Made by a program: the position numbers and the translations under genes. Shown here in pieces: positions 29,739 through 40,371 of a stretch of 64,000 nt of DNA. Source of the stretch: Candidatus Hydrogenedentota bacterium (lineage in GTDB: Bacteria; Hydrogenedentota; Hydrogenedentia; Hydrogenedentales; SLHB01); contig CAVUWV010000011.1 in assembly GCA_963745075.1 (NCBI GenBank), positions 96,001 through 160,000 on the forward strand. The letters run 5' to 3'. Position 1 is the first letter of the stretch. Each line of letters starts with the position of its first letter. The notes beneath the pieces are model-generated. The model did not search any database. It was given only the letters and a program-made list of their open reading frames with translations, and was not told the DNA's origin.

Positions 29739-29774
29739 AAAGGATCTCAAGGACGAAAGGGACTTAAACGACTT
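29739..29774. repeat. 9-nt period AAGGAC-like degenerate tandem repeat
   Basis: aaaggatct caaggacga aagggactt aaacgactt, intergenic. Confidence 0.4.
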
Positions 29775-29797
29775 TACGAGGTCTCCGGTCTTCAGTC

Positions 29798-30886
29798 TCA
29801 AGTCGGTGGCACCGGCGGCGGCGTAGCCCCGAACAGCTTGGCCAAGTCCGGCACGTCCGACGCCGTGGTCCACTGGGCCATGCCTTCGGTCCATACCAGT
29901 GATTGCCGCGTAAGGCGTCCATTTTGGACTTGCTGTTTCAGCGTCATCGTGTCGAACGGACCCGTCTGCTGCCCATCCACCGCCACGTAAAAATTGGCCG
30001 TCTGCGGTACCGGCGGGGGCGCTTGCGAAGCGCTAGCGGCCGCTTGCCCCATCTGCCCGGCCATGGCGAACCCCATGCCCAGACCCATGCCCCCCGACGC
30101 CGTGCCGCCCGGGTTTTCCGCGGCCTTCTCGAGGGCGTTCGCGGTCTGGTATTGGGTATAAGCCTGCAGATTGCCAATTACGCCCATGCTCGTTCGTTTG
30201 TCGAGGGCCTCCTCGACTTCCGGCGGCAAGGAGATGTTCTCGACCAGCAGCTTGGTGATCTGCAGCCCGTAGGAGTCGAAATCGTCCGAGATCTTATCCG
30301 TGATGAATTTCCCGAGCTCATCATAGTTTGCCGCCAAATCGAGCACGGGGATCTTGCTTTCACCCAAAATATCCGCGAAACGCGCAACGATAAGGTTGCG
30401 CAGTTGATCCGTGATCTCGTCCGTCGTGAATAGCCCGTCCGTCCCCACGATTTCCTTGATGAACGTTGGGGCGAACATAACGCGCACGCAATAGGTCCCG
30501 AAGGCCCGTAACCGGACCGGACCAAACTCCGGGTCGCGCAGCATGATGGGATTCTTCGTGCCCCACTTCAGGTCTGTGAACTGCCGCGTGCTGACGAAAT
30601 ACACCTCGGCCTTGAACGGACTCTGAAACCCGTGCGCCCAGCCCAGCAGCGTCGCCAGGATCGGCAAATTCCGCGTCTCGAGGGTGTACGTGCCGGGTTC
30701 AAACACGTCGGCGAGCTTGCCCTCATTGATGAACACGGCCACCTGGGATTCGCGCACGACCAGTTTGGCCCCGTATTTGATTTCGTTGTTGTACCGCTCG
30801 AACCGGTGGACCATGGTGTCATTCGTGGGATCGGTCCACTCGACAATGTCGATCAGTTCTCCACGGAGCTTGTCAAAGAGTCCCAT
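29798..30886 (-). CDS. SPFH-domain protein (YdjI-like) with C-terminal GYF_2/DUF4339 domain
   Basis: LVVRESQ, SPFKAEVYF, KWGTKNP, ENISLP; C-terminal GQQTGPF..LVWTEGMAQW. Confidence 0.88.
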   Translation of the reverse strand: MGLFDKLRGELIDIVEWTDPTNDTMVHRFERYNNEIKYGAKLVVRESQVAVFINEGKLADVFEPGTYTLETRNLPILATLLGWAHGFQSPFKAEVYFVSTRQFTDLKWGTKNPIMLRDPEFGPVRLRAFGTYCVRVMFAPTFIKEIVGTDGLFTTDEITDQLRNLIVARFADILGESKIPVLDLAANYDELGKFITDKISDDFDSYGLQITKLLVENISLPPEVEEALDKRTSMGVIGNLQAYTQYQTANALEKAAENPGGTASGGMGLGMGFAMAGQMGQAAASASQAPPPVPQTANFYVAVDGQQTGPFDTMTLKQQVQNGRLTRQSLVWTEGMAQWTTASDVPDLAKLFGATPPPVPPT

Positions 30887-31117
30887 GGTTCAACCCTCCT
30901 GTTCGTAAGAACTTCCGATTCGCGCCGATGTTCCCAGCCGAAAGCGGCCGACGCACACGGCTGCTGTAAACTATACGACTATAGAATCGATCCGCCATCG
31001 CGTCAACTTCTGCACGCGAGCCTTGATTGCACTCGCACGCGGCGGCCCGACTATGGCAAAATGCGCTCTCAACGAAGCCGGCGGTCGCGGCAAGCGGACC
31101 GCAGTTCGGAGGATCTC

Positions 31118-32311
31118 GTGAAAAAGCTCGCTTTGGTGTCGACATTTCTGTTTGTTTTCACCGCATACGCCCAGGATACGCCCTGGAAGGCCATCACACC
31201 GGGACCGAACCTCGCTGGATGGACGGTCGTTAGCGGCGACTGGTCCGTGGAAGGCGGCGTTCTCACGGGAAAAGCCGCCGACGATGCTCCGGCCGTGCTC
31301 GTCTCGGATGCAACGTACATCGATTTCGCATTGGAGGCCGAGTTTGAAACGCCCAGCCCCGGCGACGGTGGAATCTACCTTCGCGCTCACCAGTTGCCCA
31401 AACTTCCCATTCCGGAAGGGACGGATCCCATGACCGTGCCACGGATTCTGTATGGCTACCGGGTCGGCGTGGACACCATGGGCGCTGGCGCCACGGGCAG
31501 TCTGAGCGACCCCAACGGATGCGGCGCCGTTTTCTCCTCCCGGTCCGCCGCGACCGCCACAGTGATCACCGACGATTGGAACGACCTCTCCGTGACCATG
31601 CTCGAGAGCGATCTCGCGGTAACGGTCAATGGCGAGATTGCCGTAACCGGATCCGACACGGGATACACGAAGGGCCTCGTCGCCTTTGAAGTCGTCCCCG
31701 GTTCCGAAATCCACTTCCGCAACGTTCGCATCCAGGATCGCGGCCGTTCCGGTACGTGGCGCTCCCTGTTCAACGGCAAAAACTTTGACGGTTGGATCGA
31801 GTGGGGTGAAGAAGACTGGATGGTGGAAGACGGCGTCATCGTGGGCCACAGCGGGCCGAAAAAGTCGGAAGGGTACATGGCCACCGCGGACACGTGGAAG
31901 GACTTTCACGTGCGCGGCGTGTATAAGATGCTTGGCGAAGGCAACTACGGCCTTTTTTACCACTCCACCATCGCCTACAATGAGAAACACTATCCCGTCA
32001 TCTCGGGTCTTCAGGGCGAGGTTGCGCCGGGGTACCCGAGTCCGACGGGCTGGGTCTACGAAAGTTACAAACGCGGCTGGCTGCTCGAGCCCGATATGAC
32101 GCGAGTCTGCGCCTTCGCGCAGAACCCCGATGGCTGGAATGAGATCGAAATCAAGTCCGAGGGCAACCGTATCATGACCTGGGTCAACGGCATTCGCGTG
32201 CTCGATTACACCGACGCTGCGCCCAACCTGTTCGAAGGCGCGTTTGCGCTGCAATTGCACACCGGCGGCACCGCCGGCATCCTCTGGAAGGACTTGTACG
32301 TAAAAGAATGA
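31118..32311 (+). CDS. secreted tandem DUF1080 (3-keto-disaccharide hydrolase-like) protein
   Basis: GGAGG then GTG at 31118; signal peptide; two modules (NLAGW..FRNVRI and LFNGKNFDGW..WKDLYV). Confidence 0.8.
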   Translation: MKKLALVSTFLFVFTAYAQDTPWKAITPGPNLAGWTVVSGDWSVEGGVLTGKAADDAPAVLVSDATYIDFALEAEFETPSPGDGGIYLRAHQLPKLPIPEGTDPMTVPRILYGYRVGVDTMGAGATGSLSDPNGCGAVFSSRSAATATVITDDWNDLSVTMLESDLAVTVNGEIAVTGSDTGYTKGLVAFEVVPGSEIHFRNVRIQDRGRSGTWRSLFNGKNFDGWIEWGEEDWMVEDGVIVGHSGPKKSEGYMATADTWKDFHVRGVYKMLGEGNYGLFYHSTIAYNEKHYPVISGLQGEVAPGYPSPTGWVYESYKRGWLLEPDMTRVCAFAQNPDGWNEIEIKSEGNRIMTWVNGIRVLDYTDAAPNLFEGAFALQLHTGGTAGILWKDLYVKE

Positions 32312-33837
32312 ATGCGAAAAAGAATCCCAAACAACCCTGCGTCTACAAACTCAAAGTCACGCTGAAGGACCTCAAACCGCCGATTTGGCGTCGTTTACTC
32401 GTTCGCGGCGACGACACGCTTGCAGACCTCCACGATGTCATCCAGATTTCCATGGGGTGGATGGACTATCACCTTCACGAGTTCACGGTCGGCAAAACAC
32501 AATACGGGACTCAGGACGACGATTCTCCTTCCGAGGTGTTCGACGATGGAGAATACACCCTGGACGAAGTCTTAGGGGGAAAGAAGACGCGCTTCACGTA
32601 CCTTTACGACTTTGGCGATGGCTGGACTATGGATGTCGTTGTGGAAAGCATCGAGCCCCTGGACCCCGAAAAGCAGTACCCGGTGTGCCTGGCAGGCAAA
32701 CGGCACGGCCCCATGGAAGACAGCGGCGGCCCGTGGGGATATGCCCAGAAAGTGGAAACCCTCAAGAATCCGGACGATCCGTACTACGAACAGATTGCCG
32801 AATGGATGGGCGCAGACTGGGATGCGGAGTATTTCGACCGGGACGAACTGAATGTCGAACTGCAACAAGGTGATCTTGAGGACACCGTCGACTTGGAAGA
32901 TCTTGGCGAGGAGGAACGCGACGCCCTCCTGGAGTCCATGCTCGACGAAGATCCGTTTCTCGAAGAACGGGTCGCCCGGCTTCACGATCAGATCGGCAAA
33001 GCCCATGGATTGGGGTCGCCGGAGGCCGTTCATGACTTTATCGAAGCCATGTCCGCCGAAGCGTTGCGCGACTTTGCCATGAAACAATTGAATCAGAATC
33101 CGGAAGATGCCGCATTTGAATTCGGGCTTCTTGCCCTGGAAGCCCAGGACTTGGACGAAGCGATTGGGCTCGCCGACAAGGCCCTTGAACTCGACCCGCG
33201 CAGTGTCGATGCCCGAATCGTGCGGTCCAATGTGGCCGTGGCGGAAGGCAATTACGATGACGGCATCGCCTTGCTTCGCGAAGCCTTGGCGATTGCGAAG
33301 GACAATCTCGGAGAGGAATTCTTCACCCAATTCAGCGGCGAGTTCGCAGACCATGTCCAGACCCGGCCCTACCTGCGGGTGCGGTTTCTCCTTGGCCATA
33401 CGCTGCAGGAGACAGACCAAGTCGAAGAAGCAGCGGACCACTATCGCGACATGCTGGAGAAGGATTCCGATGACTCTATGGGCGCGCGGTATCCGTTGGC
33501 CGGTGTCCTGCTTCAGATGGAGCGCCTCGAAGAGGTACGCGCCTTGGCGGAGGAGTACTCGTCGGATGACGACATGATCTTCCCTTGGGCCGAGGTGCTG
33601 GAGCGATACCTTTCGGGCGAGGAGGGAGCGGCCGAGGACCTCCTGGAAGGCGCAATTGCCGCGAATCCCCTAATGGCAACCAGTCTGCTCGATTTCGAGT
33701 CCGCGGCCGATCTCGACACGGACACCGACCTCGGTGTCGCTGCCGCGATGGCCTTGGCTGCCGTGGGGAAAGCGTGGATCGACCATCCCAAGGCCCTCGA
33801 GTGGCTCGATGCAAAAGTATACGCCGAGGACGATTGA
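32308..33837 (+). CDS. pRiA4b ORF-3 domain fused to acidic TPR region
   Basis: KPPIWRRL, LHDVIQISMGWMDYHLHEF, YLYDFGDGW, PMEDSGG; C-terminal TPR-like helices with TRPYLR. Confidence 0.8.
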   Translation: MNAKKNPKQPCVYKLKVTLKDLKPPIWRRLLVRGDDTLADLHDVIQISMGWMDYHLHEFTVGKTQYGTQDDDSPSEVFDDGEYTLDEVLGGKKTRFTYLYDFGDGWTMDVVVESIEPLDPEKQYPVCLAGKRHGPMEDSGGPWGYAQKVETLKNPDDPYYEQIAEWMGADWDAEYFDRDELNVELQQGDLEDTVDLEDLGEEERDALLESMLDEDPFLEERVARLHDQIGKAHGLGSPEAVHDFIEAMSAEALRDFAMKQLNQNPEDAAFEFGLLALEAQDLDEAIGLADKALELDPRSVDARIVRSNVAVAEGNYDDGIALLREALAIAKDNLGEEFFTQFSGEFADHVQTRPYLRVRFLLGHTLQETDQVEEAADHYRDMLEKDSDDSMGARYPLAGVLLQMERLEEVRALAEEYSSDDDMIFPWAEVLERYLSGEEGAAEDLLEGAIAANPLMATSLLDFESAADLDTDTDLGVAAAMALAAVGKAWIDHPKALEWLDAKVYAEDD

Positions 33838-33905
33838 CAGTCGACGTTCTGCATCCGATCCATCTTTCGACGAGTGCGCACGGAAGAAGAAACGGGGAAA
33901 CCTGT

Positions 33906-34775
33906 ATGCGGTCCATCCAATCCCACGCCAAGATCAATCTCTATCTCGACGTTTTGAACACCCGGCGGGACCGGTTTACCAATATCGAAACCATCTTCCA
34001 GACCGTCAGCCTCTATGACGAACTTGCCTTTGAATCGCGGCCCTCGGATGTCACGCTGGAGTGTACGTGCGACGGGATACCTACCGACGAGTCGAACCTT
34101 GTCATCCGTGCCGCGCGCCTGCTGCAGGAATCGACAGGCTGCGCCCGCGGCGCGCACATTCGCTTGGAGAAGCGCATCCCCATGGCAGCGGGGTTGGCCG
34201 GCGGGTCCGGAAACGGCGCGGCGGCGCTCATTGCGCTCAACAAGCTATGGGAACTTGGTCTCTCCATGTCGCGATTGGAACGGCTTGCAACGCGGCTCGG
34301 TTCCGACGTGCCCTACTGTTTGCATGGCGGCGCCGTGGCCGCGACGGGGCGCGGCGAACGCATGTCAATCTTGCCGGCAATACCCGAGACCTGGTTCGTA
34401 CTGCTTCACCCGGACCTCCACGTCAGCACGCGCGACGTGTACACCAGCCCGGATCTCGGGCGCAGTACCCAAATTCCCTTCGCCGGGCGCACACCGGCCT
34501 TCCGCAACGCGATTGGTGTTCTTACGCAAGGTCGGCTTAGGGACGTGATGTTCAATCGCATGGAGACGGCGGCATTTGCGATGCATCCCGAACTTGCAAG
34601 ATTAAAACAGCGTCTGGTGGACGAAGGATGCGCCGCCGCGATCATGAGCGGCAGCGGTCCAACCGTGTTCGGGTTATGCGCGTCTCGCGAAGAGGCCGAG
34701 ACAGTAGCTTCGCGAATCACGGAGGTCCGCGCGACTGTTGTGCACAGCGTTGACCACGCGATCGCGGGCTATTAA
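33906..34775 (+). CDS. ispE: 4-diphosphocytidyl-2-C-methyl-D-erythritol kinase
   Basis: AKINLYL, KRIPMAAGLAGGSGN, LGSDVP, MSGSGPTVF; start at ATG 33906. Confidence 0.95.
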   Translation: MRSIQSHAKINLYLDVLNTRRDRFTNIETIFQTVSLYDELAFESRPSDVTLECTCDGIPTDESNLVIRAARLLQESTGCARGAHIRLEKRIPMAAGLAGGSGNGAAALIALNKLWELGLSMSRLERLATRLGSDVPYCLHGGAVAATGRGERMSILPAIPETWFVLLHPDLHVSTRDVYTSPDLGRSTQIPFAGRTPAFRNAIGVLTQGRLRDVMFNRMETAAFAMHPELARLKQRLVDEGCAAAIMSGSGPTVFGLCASREEAETVASRITEVRATVVHSVDHAIAGY

Positions 34776-37700
34776 TCGCCCTTCTTACTTGGGACTTCCG
34801 CGGGCACGACGCGCGCACGCTCTTCGGATTTTTGCCTCGTCTCCGCGAGAGACATGGCTTTCCAGTATCCGAACCCAACGATGAGGAGCATCACGCCCAG
34901 AAATCCGATCGCGGCGATACGATAAAACCCTTCGAGATTCTGCGTGTCAAAAACGGCCGCGCGCACGATGGCCAGCAGGAATATCGCCAGGCCGGCATGA
35001 CGGTAGTGGGACTGTTTGAACACCAGCGACACTCCGAACAAGCCGAAGGCCAGAATCGTCCAACTGATGGTCAAAAAATACGTCGCCAACTGCGGGATTC
35101 GATGCAGCATCAGGACCAGCAGGACAGCGGCGGCTGCGGTGCAAAGTCCGGTCAAGGCTTGTGCCGCATCCTGGATCGGTTTGGATTGCGCCAGTTGCAC
35201 GAGCCGTTCGCAAACCACCCAGAAGGCGGCGCAGGCAACAAAGCCGGCGATCAACGCCGTTTCACCGAGTGTGGATCCATACGCCTGGAGAACCATCGTC
35301 AGGGATGCAACGGCCGCGCCGAGTATAGCCACGCCGGCGGCCGTTATGGAACGAACGCCGAGTGCGTAACCCAGGAAGGCGAAGGCAAGCAGGCACTCGA
35401 AGAACATCCGCCAATCGTCCGCAGCGTATTGCCATGCGTAGCGCGCCATGATCGCCCAGGCGGCGGCGACCAGGACGTTCCCGAATGCGCCGGTTCCCAG
35501 CCGGCCGCGATGTACGGCGAAATACCGGTCGCCCGTCAGCGCGAGCATGGCAAGCCCCCAGGCGGTGGCGTGCCACAACGTCTCGGCTCCGCCATGTCCC
35601 GCGGCCAACCATGAAAGCATGGCCCAAATTTGCAGGGCCACCGCCACGGACGCCAGCGCCCGTGGATGAAGCAACAGCATCAGTCCCGCAGCCGCGCATG
35701 CCGCCACCGCAAGGGCCAAAGCGCTCTTGAGGTATCCGTCGATTTCGACGGTCAGCAACAGACCGAGGGTCCAGGCAGTAACGCCATACAAGAAGTAGGG
35801 CGCGGCGCGGAGTTGATGAAACTCCAGCCCCGCCTGTTCACCGAGTAACCGCTGGTCCGCGCGGACGGCGACCGTCCCGAGCGCGATGACGCCCAGGGCG
35901 CTAATCAGGTATGGGGTATGTGCCTGGATACCAATCTCGATGGTGCCGACGGCAACGGCGGCAGATACACCAATCAGTGCAGCCAAGCCGAAAGGTTTGG
36001 CCCGCAACGTGGCCGCGCCGACGGTGCACAGAAAGGCCAGCACCGCCAAGACGGCGAACCGGTGACCGTCCTTCGCGAGATACATGGTCTGGACCAGGGC
36101 AATCGCAATTCCCGCCAGCGCGTACGCGTAAGGAAATAGCAATCCTTGGGCGGGCTTAGGCAGGGGCCGGTGCGAATCGGGCGGTTCACGCAGCAGATCG
36201 AGCTGCCAAAGCAAGAGTTGGGTGTCGGCGTTCAGGGACGGCCAGCTTGGGCTGCGCGCCGACCAGTCGGTGCGCTGATAGAGGAGTGAAGCGCCGAAGA
36301 ATGCCAACACTGTGAGGAGCGCGGGAACGAGATGACCCGCGTACTCCGGGTTGGCATACGCGATAACGCCTTCGTCCACGGCCGCGGCGCAACCTTGGAA
36401 GAGCGTGAGCCCCGCAACCAGGAACGCCAGGATTCGTGTGACAACGAGTCCCGACCGGCGAGCCGAGTAGAGCAGCGCAAGCGTTTCCACTGCGAGAAAC
36501 GCGGTCAGTTTCGTGCCTTCGTATTCATAGATCGTCGCGATGCCAAGGGTCAGCATGGCGACCGCCTTGGTCATGTACACGTTGTACAGGGGATCGCGGT
36601 CGCGAACGCGCAAGTAGGCCAGCGCAATGCCAAAGAGCACGGCCGCGTAGATCAACCGGAACCAATCCTGGTGGTCCCGGCTGAAATCGAAGTTGGCGAC
36701 GGTGAGCGTGCCCAACAGCAGGAAGCACGCGGAGTTTATGGTTACAAATGCGTTGCGGAACCAAAGTGGAATCTTTTCCCGCCGCAAGTCCGTCGGCGCG
36801 AAGAGTTCCGCCAACGCGAAGATCAGGAAGTAACCGCCCAGGATGGAAATGGAGATCCAAAAATCGGTCAGCGTGTTCCCGCCCTTGACCGTGAACAACC
36901 AATACGTGTGGTTCAGGTAGCTGCCGGCGAGGCCGAGCACCGCGACGTAGTACCAACGGTTGCGGAGCAGGAAAAACGCGCTGCCGGCACTCAGAAATAG
37001 CACGCCGGCGACGGCGTATCGCGCGACATCGCCGGACGCCCATATAGCCAGGAAGATGGTCAGGTGACCGAGTATGGTGACGAGCGTCGCCATCAACCGA
37101 GACCGTCGTACTTGCGCGATGAAGGCCCAAATAGCGACGACGACCGCAAGCAGTGTCAGCGCCACCAACGTGCTGTCAACGATCCGGGCCTGAGGGATGT
37201 AATGGGCCGCGAAGGTGACGAAGTAACTTAACGCGAACCCGCCGCTGTATAAGACGCGCGCATAGGCGCGGTACTTCCCTTCCAGCCAACGGCCGAGTCC
37301 GAGAAGACCTGCACAAACAAGATATCCTGCGCCCACACGCATGACAGGCGTCGAGTACTTCGCGGTGTATACCAGCAAGAACACAACGGCTACTGATAGC
37401 AGGACGATGCCGATGCGCGGGAACAGATACGAGATCAGAAAGGCTTCCCAACCTTCTTCCGCGATGCGTCGCTGAATGGCGGATTGGGTCCTCTCGGCCG
37501 ACGGAATCTTCGCCGCAAAGGCTCTAATCCTGTCAGGAGGCATGATCCTTTCGGGCTCGGGCGTCGGCTTGGTGTGTACCGGTTCCGCGGGAACCGTAGA
37601 CGACGCACGTGGCTTTGTCACCGGATCCGTAAGAGGAAGCGGCGGGGGTTCCATTGGCTTCACGGGAATGGCGGGAGACGCCCCGAATGCCTCGTGCCGG

Positions 37701-37804
37701 GCTTCTCGTTCAAGCGTGTCGAGCCGCCTTCGCATCATGTCGGCCTGCTCGAGCAATGTGTCCAAATCCCGGCGGAGCCGCTTGAGATCATCATCGTAAG
37801 TCAT
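34772..37804 (-). CDS. large polytopic membrane protein (DUF2339-like)
   Basis: N-terminal coiled coil and Pro-rich linker, then many TM helices; C-terminal FDTQNLEGFYRIAAIGFLG. Confidence 0.75.
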   Translation of the reverse strand: MTYDDDLKRLRRDLDTLLEQADMMRRRLDTLEREARHEAFGASPAIPVKPMEPPPLPLTDPVTKPRASSTVPAEPVHTKPTPEPERIMPPDRIRAFAAKIPSAERTQSAIQRRIAEEGWEAFLISYLFPRIGIVLLSVAVVFLLVYTAKYSTPVMRVGAGYLVCAGLLGLGRWLEGKYRAYARVLYSGGFALSYFVTFAAHYIPQARIVDSTLVALTLLAVVVAIWAFIAQVRRSRLMATLVTILGHLTIFLAIWASGDVARYAVAGVLFLSAGSAFFLLRNRWYYVAVLGLAGSYLNHTYWLFTVKGGNTLTDFWISISILGGYFLIFALAELFAPTDLRREKIPLWFRNAFVTINSACFLLLGTLTVANFDFSRDHQDWFRLIYAAVLFGIALAYLRVRDRDPLYNVYMTKAVAMLTLGIATIYEYEGTKLTAFLAVETLALLYSARRSGLVVTRILAFLVAGLTLFQGCAAAVDEGVIAYANPEYAGHLVPALLTVLAFFGASLLYQRTDWSARSPSWPSLNADTQLLLWQLDLLREPPDSHRPLPKPAQGLLFPYAYALAGIAIALVQTMYLAKDGHRFAVLAVLAFLCTVGAATLRAKPFGLAALIGVSAAVAVGTIEIGIQAHTPYLISALGVIALGTVAVRADQRLLGEQAGLEFHQLRAAPYFLYGVTAWTLGLLLTVEIDGYLKSALALAVAACAAAGLMLLLHPRALASVAVALQIWAMLSWLAAGHGGAETLWHATAWGLAMLALTGDRYFAVHRGRLGTGAFGNVLVAAAWAIMARYAWQYAADDWRMFFECLLAFAFLGYALGVRSITAAGVAILGAAVASLTMVLQAYGSTLGETALIAGFVACAAFWVVCERLVQLAQSKPIQDAAQALTGLCTAAAAVLLVLMLHRIPQLATYFLTISWTILAFGLFGVSLVFKQSHYRHAGLAIFLLAIVRAAVFDTQNLEGFYRIAAIGFLGVMLLIVGFGYWKAMSLAETRQKSEERARVVPAEVPSKKGD

Positions 37805-37894
37805 GGACTATCCCCTGGCTAGAGGTCCGGGAATCCGGACCCGCTCGCATCAGAATACCCCGGGTTCCTTGGTGCCGACATTGTCAGTATATAA

Positions 37895-37924
37895 ATTATA
37901 ATATATTAAACGGTTTTATGTCAA
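37895..37924 (-). promoter_or_regulatory. consensus sigma70 promoter for the DUF2339-like gene
   Basis: Minus strand TTGACA (37924-37919), 18 nt, TATAAT (37900-37895), in an AT-rich divergent intergenic region. Confidence 0.7.
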
Positions 37925-38067
37925 ACAATAAATTTAATCCACGTTAACCTCTTGTAATGCATAGCATAACGCCCGTACTGGCGAAAGTATCTTGAGGCTC
38001 GATTTTCGCGTATTTTGCGCTCTACGCCGCATTTCTGGTAGCATCGAGACCGGTCAGAGATTCCCTC

Positions 38068-39234
38068 ATGCGAGTTGTCAAAGTAGATTCCCTGAAGCCT
38101 GGACTGGTCGTCGGCAAACCCCTGCTCGACGAGCGCGGCCAGACCCTGCTGCACGCGGGCGTCGTCCTGTCCGAGAAGTACATTAACACCCTGAAAGAAA
38201 AAGGGTATACCCACCTCTACGTCAACGAGGACGGCTGCGACGCAACCGTCGCTCCCGAAGACGAACTCAGCCCCATTGTACGCGCGCGGGCCCTGAATGC
38301 GATGCGCGAAGTTTTCGAGTCCATCGAACAGGAACTCCCGACGGTTAAGACCTTCACCTATGATGACATCAAGCGCTTCTGTGCGTCCGACGTAGTGAAA
38401 GATCTCCTCGGAGAAGATGGACCGATGAAGACTCTCCTCAGTTCCGTGGATTGTATTCTCGACGAGGTGTTGACACGCAGCACGCTGGCGGGCTTAACTT
38501 CGCTGAAGTCGGACGACACTAGACTCTACGCACACTCGATCAACGTCTGCATCGTGTCCATCATGATTGGGCAGTACATCGGCATGAGCAGTGTCCGCAT
38601 GCGTCAACTTGCCACGGGATCCCTGCTGCACGATATCGGGAAGATCTTCCTGGACAAGGCGACCGGCGAGCGAAATTCGATCCGCTTGCACACGGTGCTG
38701 GGTTACGAATTGCTGAAGAACAACGACGATCCCGACATCCTGGCGCCGCATGTGGCGCTCCAGCACCACGAGTACCAGGACGGAACGGGCCTCCCGCGCG
38801 GGTTGATCGGAAGCAATACCATCGAGCGCAACCGCAATCTCCCACCGCCGGTCCCGGCCCTGATCGGAGAGATCGCAGCAGTCGCAAATTGCTACGACAA
38901 CCTGCTGAGCGGCGTGTACGACAAAGTCCCGCTCACGCCGGACCGCGCGTTGAACCGCATACGGCAATGGTCGGGAACGCGGTTGAACCGAGAAATTGTA
39001 AACGCCTTTCTGCGGGTGGTGCCGGTGTATCCGGTCGGCGTAGACGTGGTCATCGAAGGCGGCGCATTTAATAACTGCCAAGCCATTGTGACGGATGTGG
39101 CCCAGAATGCGCTCGATCGCCCCCGGGTCGCCATCTACCGGGACGCAAAGGGCCGACTGGTCGAACCCTTCGAGTTCGACCTCAACGCAGTGGACAGCGA
39201 AGAAGTCACCCTACGGACAAAACCGCCTGTGTAA
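38068..39234 (+). CDS. HD-GYP-like protein with variant motifs
   Basis: HSINV, LHDIGK, HTVLGY, HHEYQDGTGLP (GYP replaced by GLP), ANCYD; YPVG C-terminal extension. Confidence 0.8.
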   Translation: MRVVKVDSLKPGLVVGKPLLDERGQTLLHAGVVLSEKYINTLKEKGYTHLYVNEDGCDATVAPEDELSPIVRARALNAMREVFESIEQELPTVKTFTYDDIKRFCASDVVKDLLGEDGPMKTLLSSVDCILDEVLTRSTLAGLTSLKSDDTRLYAHSINVCIVSIMIGQYIGMSSVRMRQLATGSLLHDIGKIFLDKATGERNSIRLHTVLGYELLKNNDDPDILAPHVALQHHEYQDGTGLPRGLIGSNTIERNRNLPPPVPALIGEIAAVANCYDNLLSGVYDKVPLTPDRALNRIRQWSGTRLNREIVNAFLRVVPVYPVGVDVVIEGGAFNNCQAIVTDVAQNALDRPRVAIYRDAKGRLVEPFEFDLNAVDSEEVTLRTKPPV

Positions 39235-39256
39235 GCAGTGCCGCAATCCGAGTTTT

Positions 39257-40243
39257 TCAGCGCCCCGTTCCACCGGCTTTCAATCCCGCGATAAACGCCC
39301 GTTCCGCGTCGTCGAGTTGGTTGAACAAGCGGCCCTCCTCCGGGCGCATGTCGAAGGAACGGCGGGGGCGTTGGTCCGGTGCGTCCCGGTTGCCGCGGAC
39401 GCTGCCGTTATGAAAGCACCACCCGGCTGCGCCGCCGTCCCTGGCTTGTTGCAGGTCGGTGGCGAAATCATCCACCGTGGGTTGGTAGTCTCCGTAGCCG
39501 CGGCGGAAGGGTTCCTGGTAGTGGACCGGCACGACGCGTTTGGCGTTCTTCATGGTCTCGAAGTACTTTCTCGTTGCGGCCGCGGTTTGGTGCGGCGATT
39601 CGGCGGTCCGCCCAAGGTGCGGGCAGATGAAGTCCACACCGGCATCAATCAGCGCAACCACGTTGTCGCTGTCCGAAGCTGTGCATAGACGGTCCGGGTC
39701 GATGGCTTTGATCGCACGGATGAGTTCGGCTACATCGCCGATGGGGACGAAACGCGCGTCGCCCACATTTCGTTCGTTTCCCACATCGAAATATACGTTC
39801 CGGAACGGCAGAAGTTCACTGGCGAGCGTCTTCATGACCGCCAGGTGCTCTTCGCGGTTCGAGGGGAAATCGGGAGCGTCGCCCCGCGTGACCGTCACGT
39901 CGACCACCATGCCCCGATTGCTCGCGAGCTTGCAGAGCCGTTTCAGGCGCCCCATGTAGGGTTTGCGCACGGAACCGTCGGGCGCCACAGCGGATACATT
40001 GTTGTCGAAGGCGTTCCACGTGGCCCAGACCCGGATCCAGTTGAATCCGAGGGCGCGCAGGTCGTCCAGGTCTTGCTCGATGGGTTTCGCGTCGGCGACG
40101 CCCAGGGCGGCGTAATAGCTGCATCCGAGCAGGAACGTGGGTTTTCCGTCCAACAAGAAGTGGCTGCCCTGAACCGAAAGGACGGGGCCCTGCGTCGCCG
40201 ATGCGCTCAGGAGCACCGCGGCGGAAATCAATAGGCTGACCAT
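39257..40243 (-). CDS. secreted GH-A clan (GH5-like) glycoside hydrolase
   Basis: Signal peptide; GFNWIRVW, VGNER, YQEP, GWCFH. Confidence 0.7.
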   Translation of the reverse strand: MVSLLISAAVLLSASATQGPVLSVQGSHFLLDGKPTFLLGCSYYAALGVADAKPIEQDLDDLRALGFNWIRVWATWNAFDNNVSAVAPDGSVRKPYMGRLKRLCKLASNRGMVVDVTVTRGDAPDFPSNREEHLAVMKTLASELLPFRNVYFDVGNERNVGDARFVPIGDVAELIRAIKAIDPDRLCTASDSDNVVALIDAGVDFICPHLGRTAESPHQTAAATRKYFETMKNAKRVVPVHYQEPFRRGYGDYQPTVDDFATDLQQARDGGAAGWCFHNGSVRGNRDAPDQRPRRSFDMRPEEGRLFNQLDDAERAFIAGLKAGGTGR

Positions 40244-40371
40244 TGTTTGACTCCTGGCAATTCGCCCGGCACAAAACCGGACAACGGACCTTGATTCTGA
40301 GGTGTACCGGCCGTAGACTCACGCGTTTCGAGTGTAACACGATCCCGCTCGAAATATTCGGTTGAAGGCGC

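Noticed and set aside
28614..30886. SPFH plus Zn-ribbon pair as a novel defence system
   Set aside because: Resembles the widespread ydjG/ydjI-type envelope-stress module.
30632..31117. Long N-terminal extension of the DUF1080 ORF
   Set aside because: It is antisense to the SPFH gene; GGAGG plus GTG at 31118 gives a clean signal peptide.
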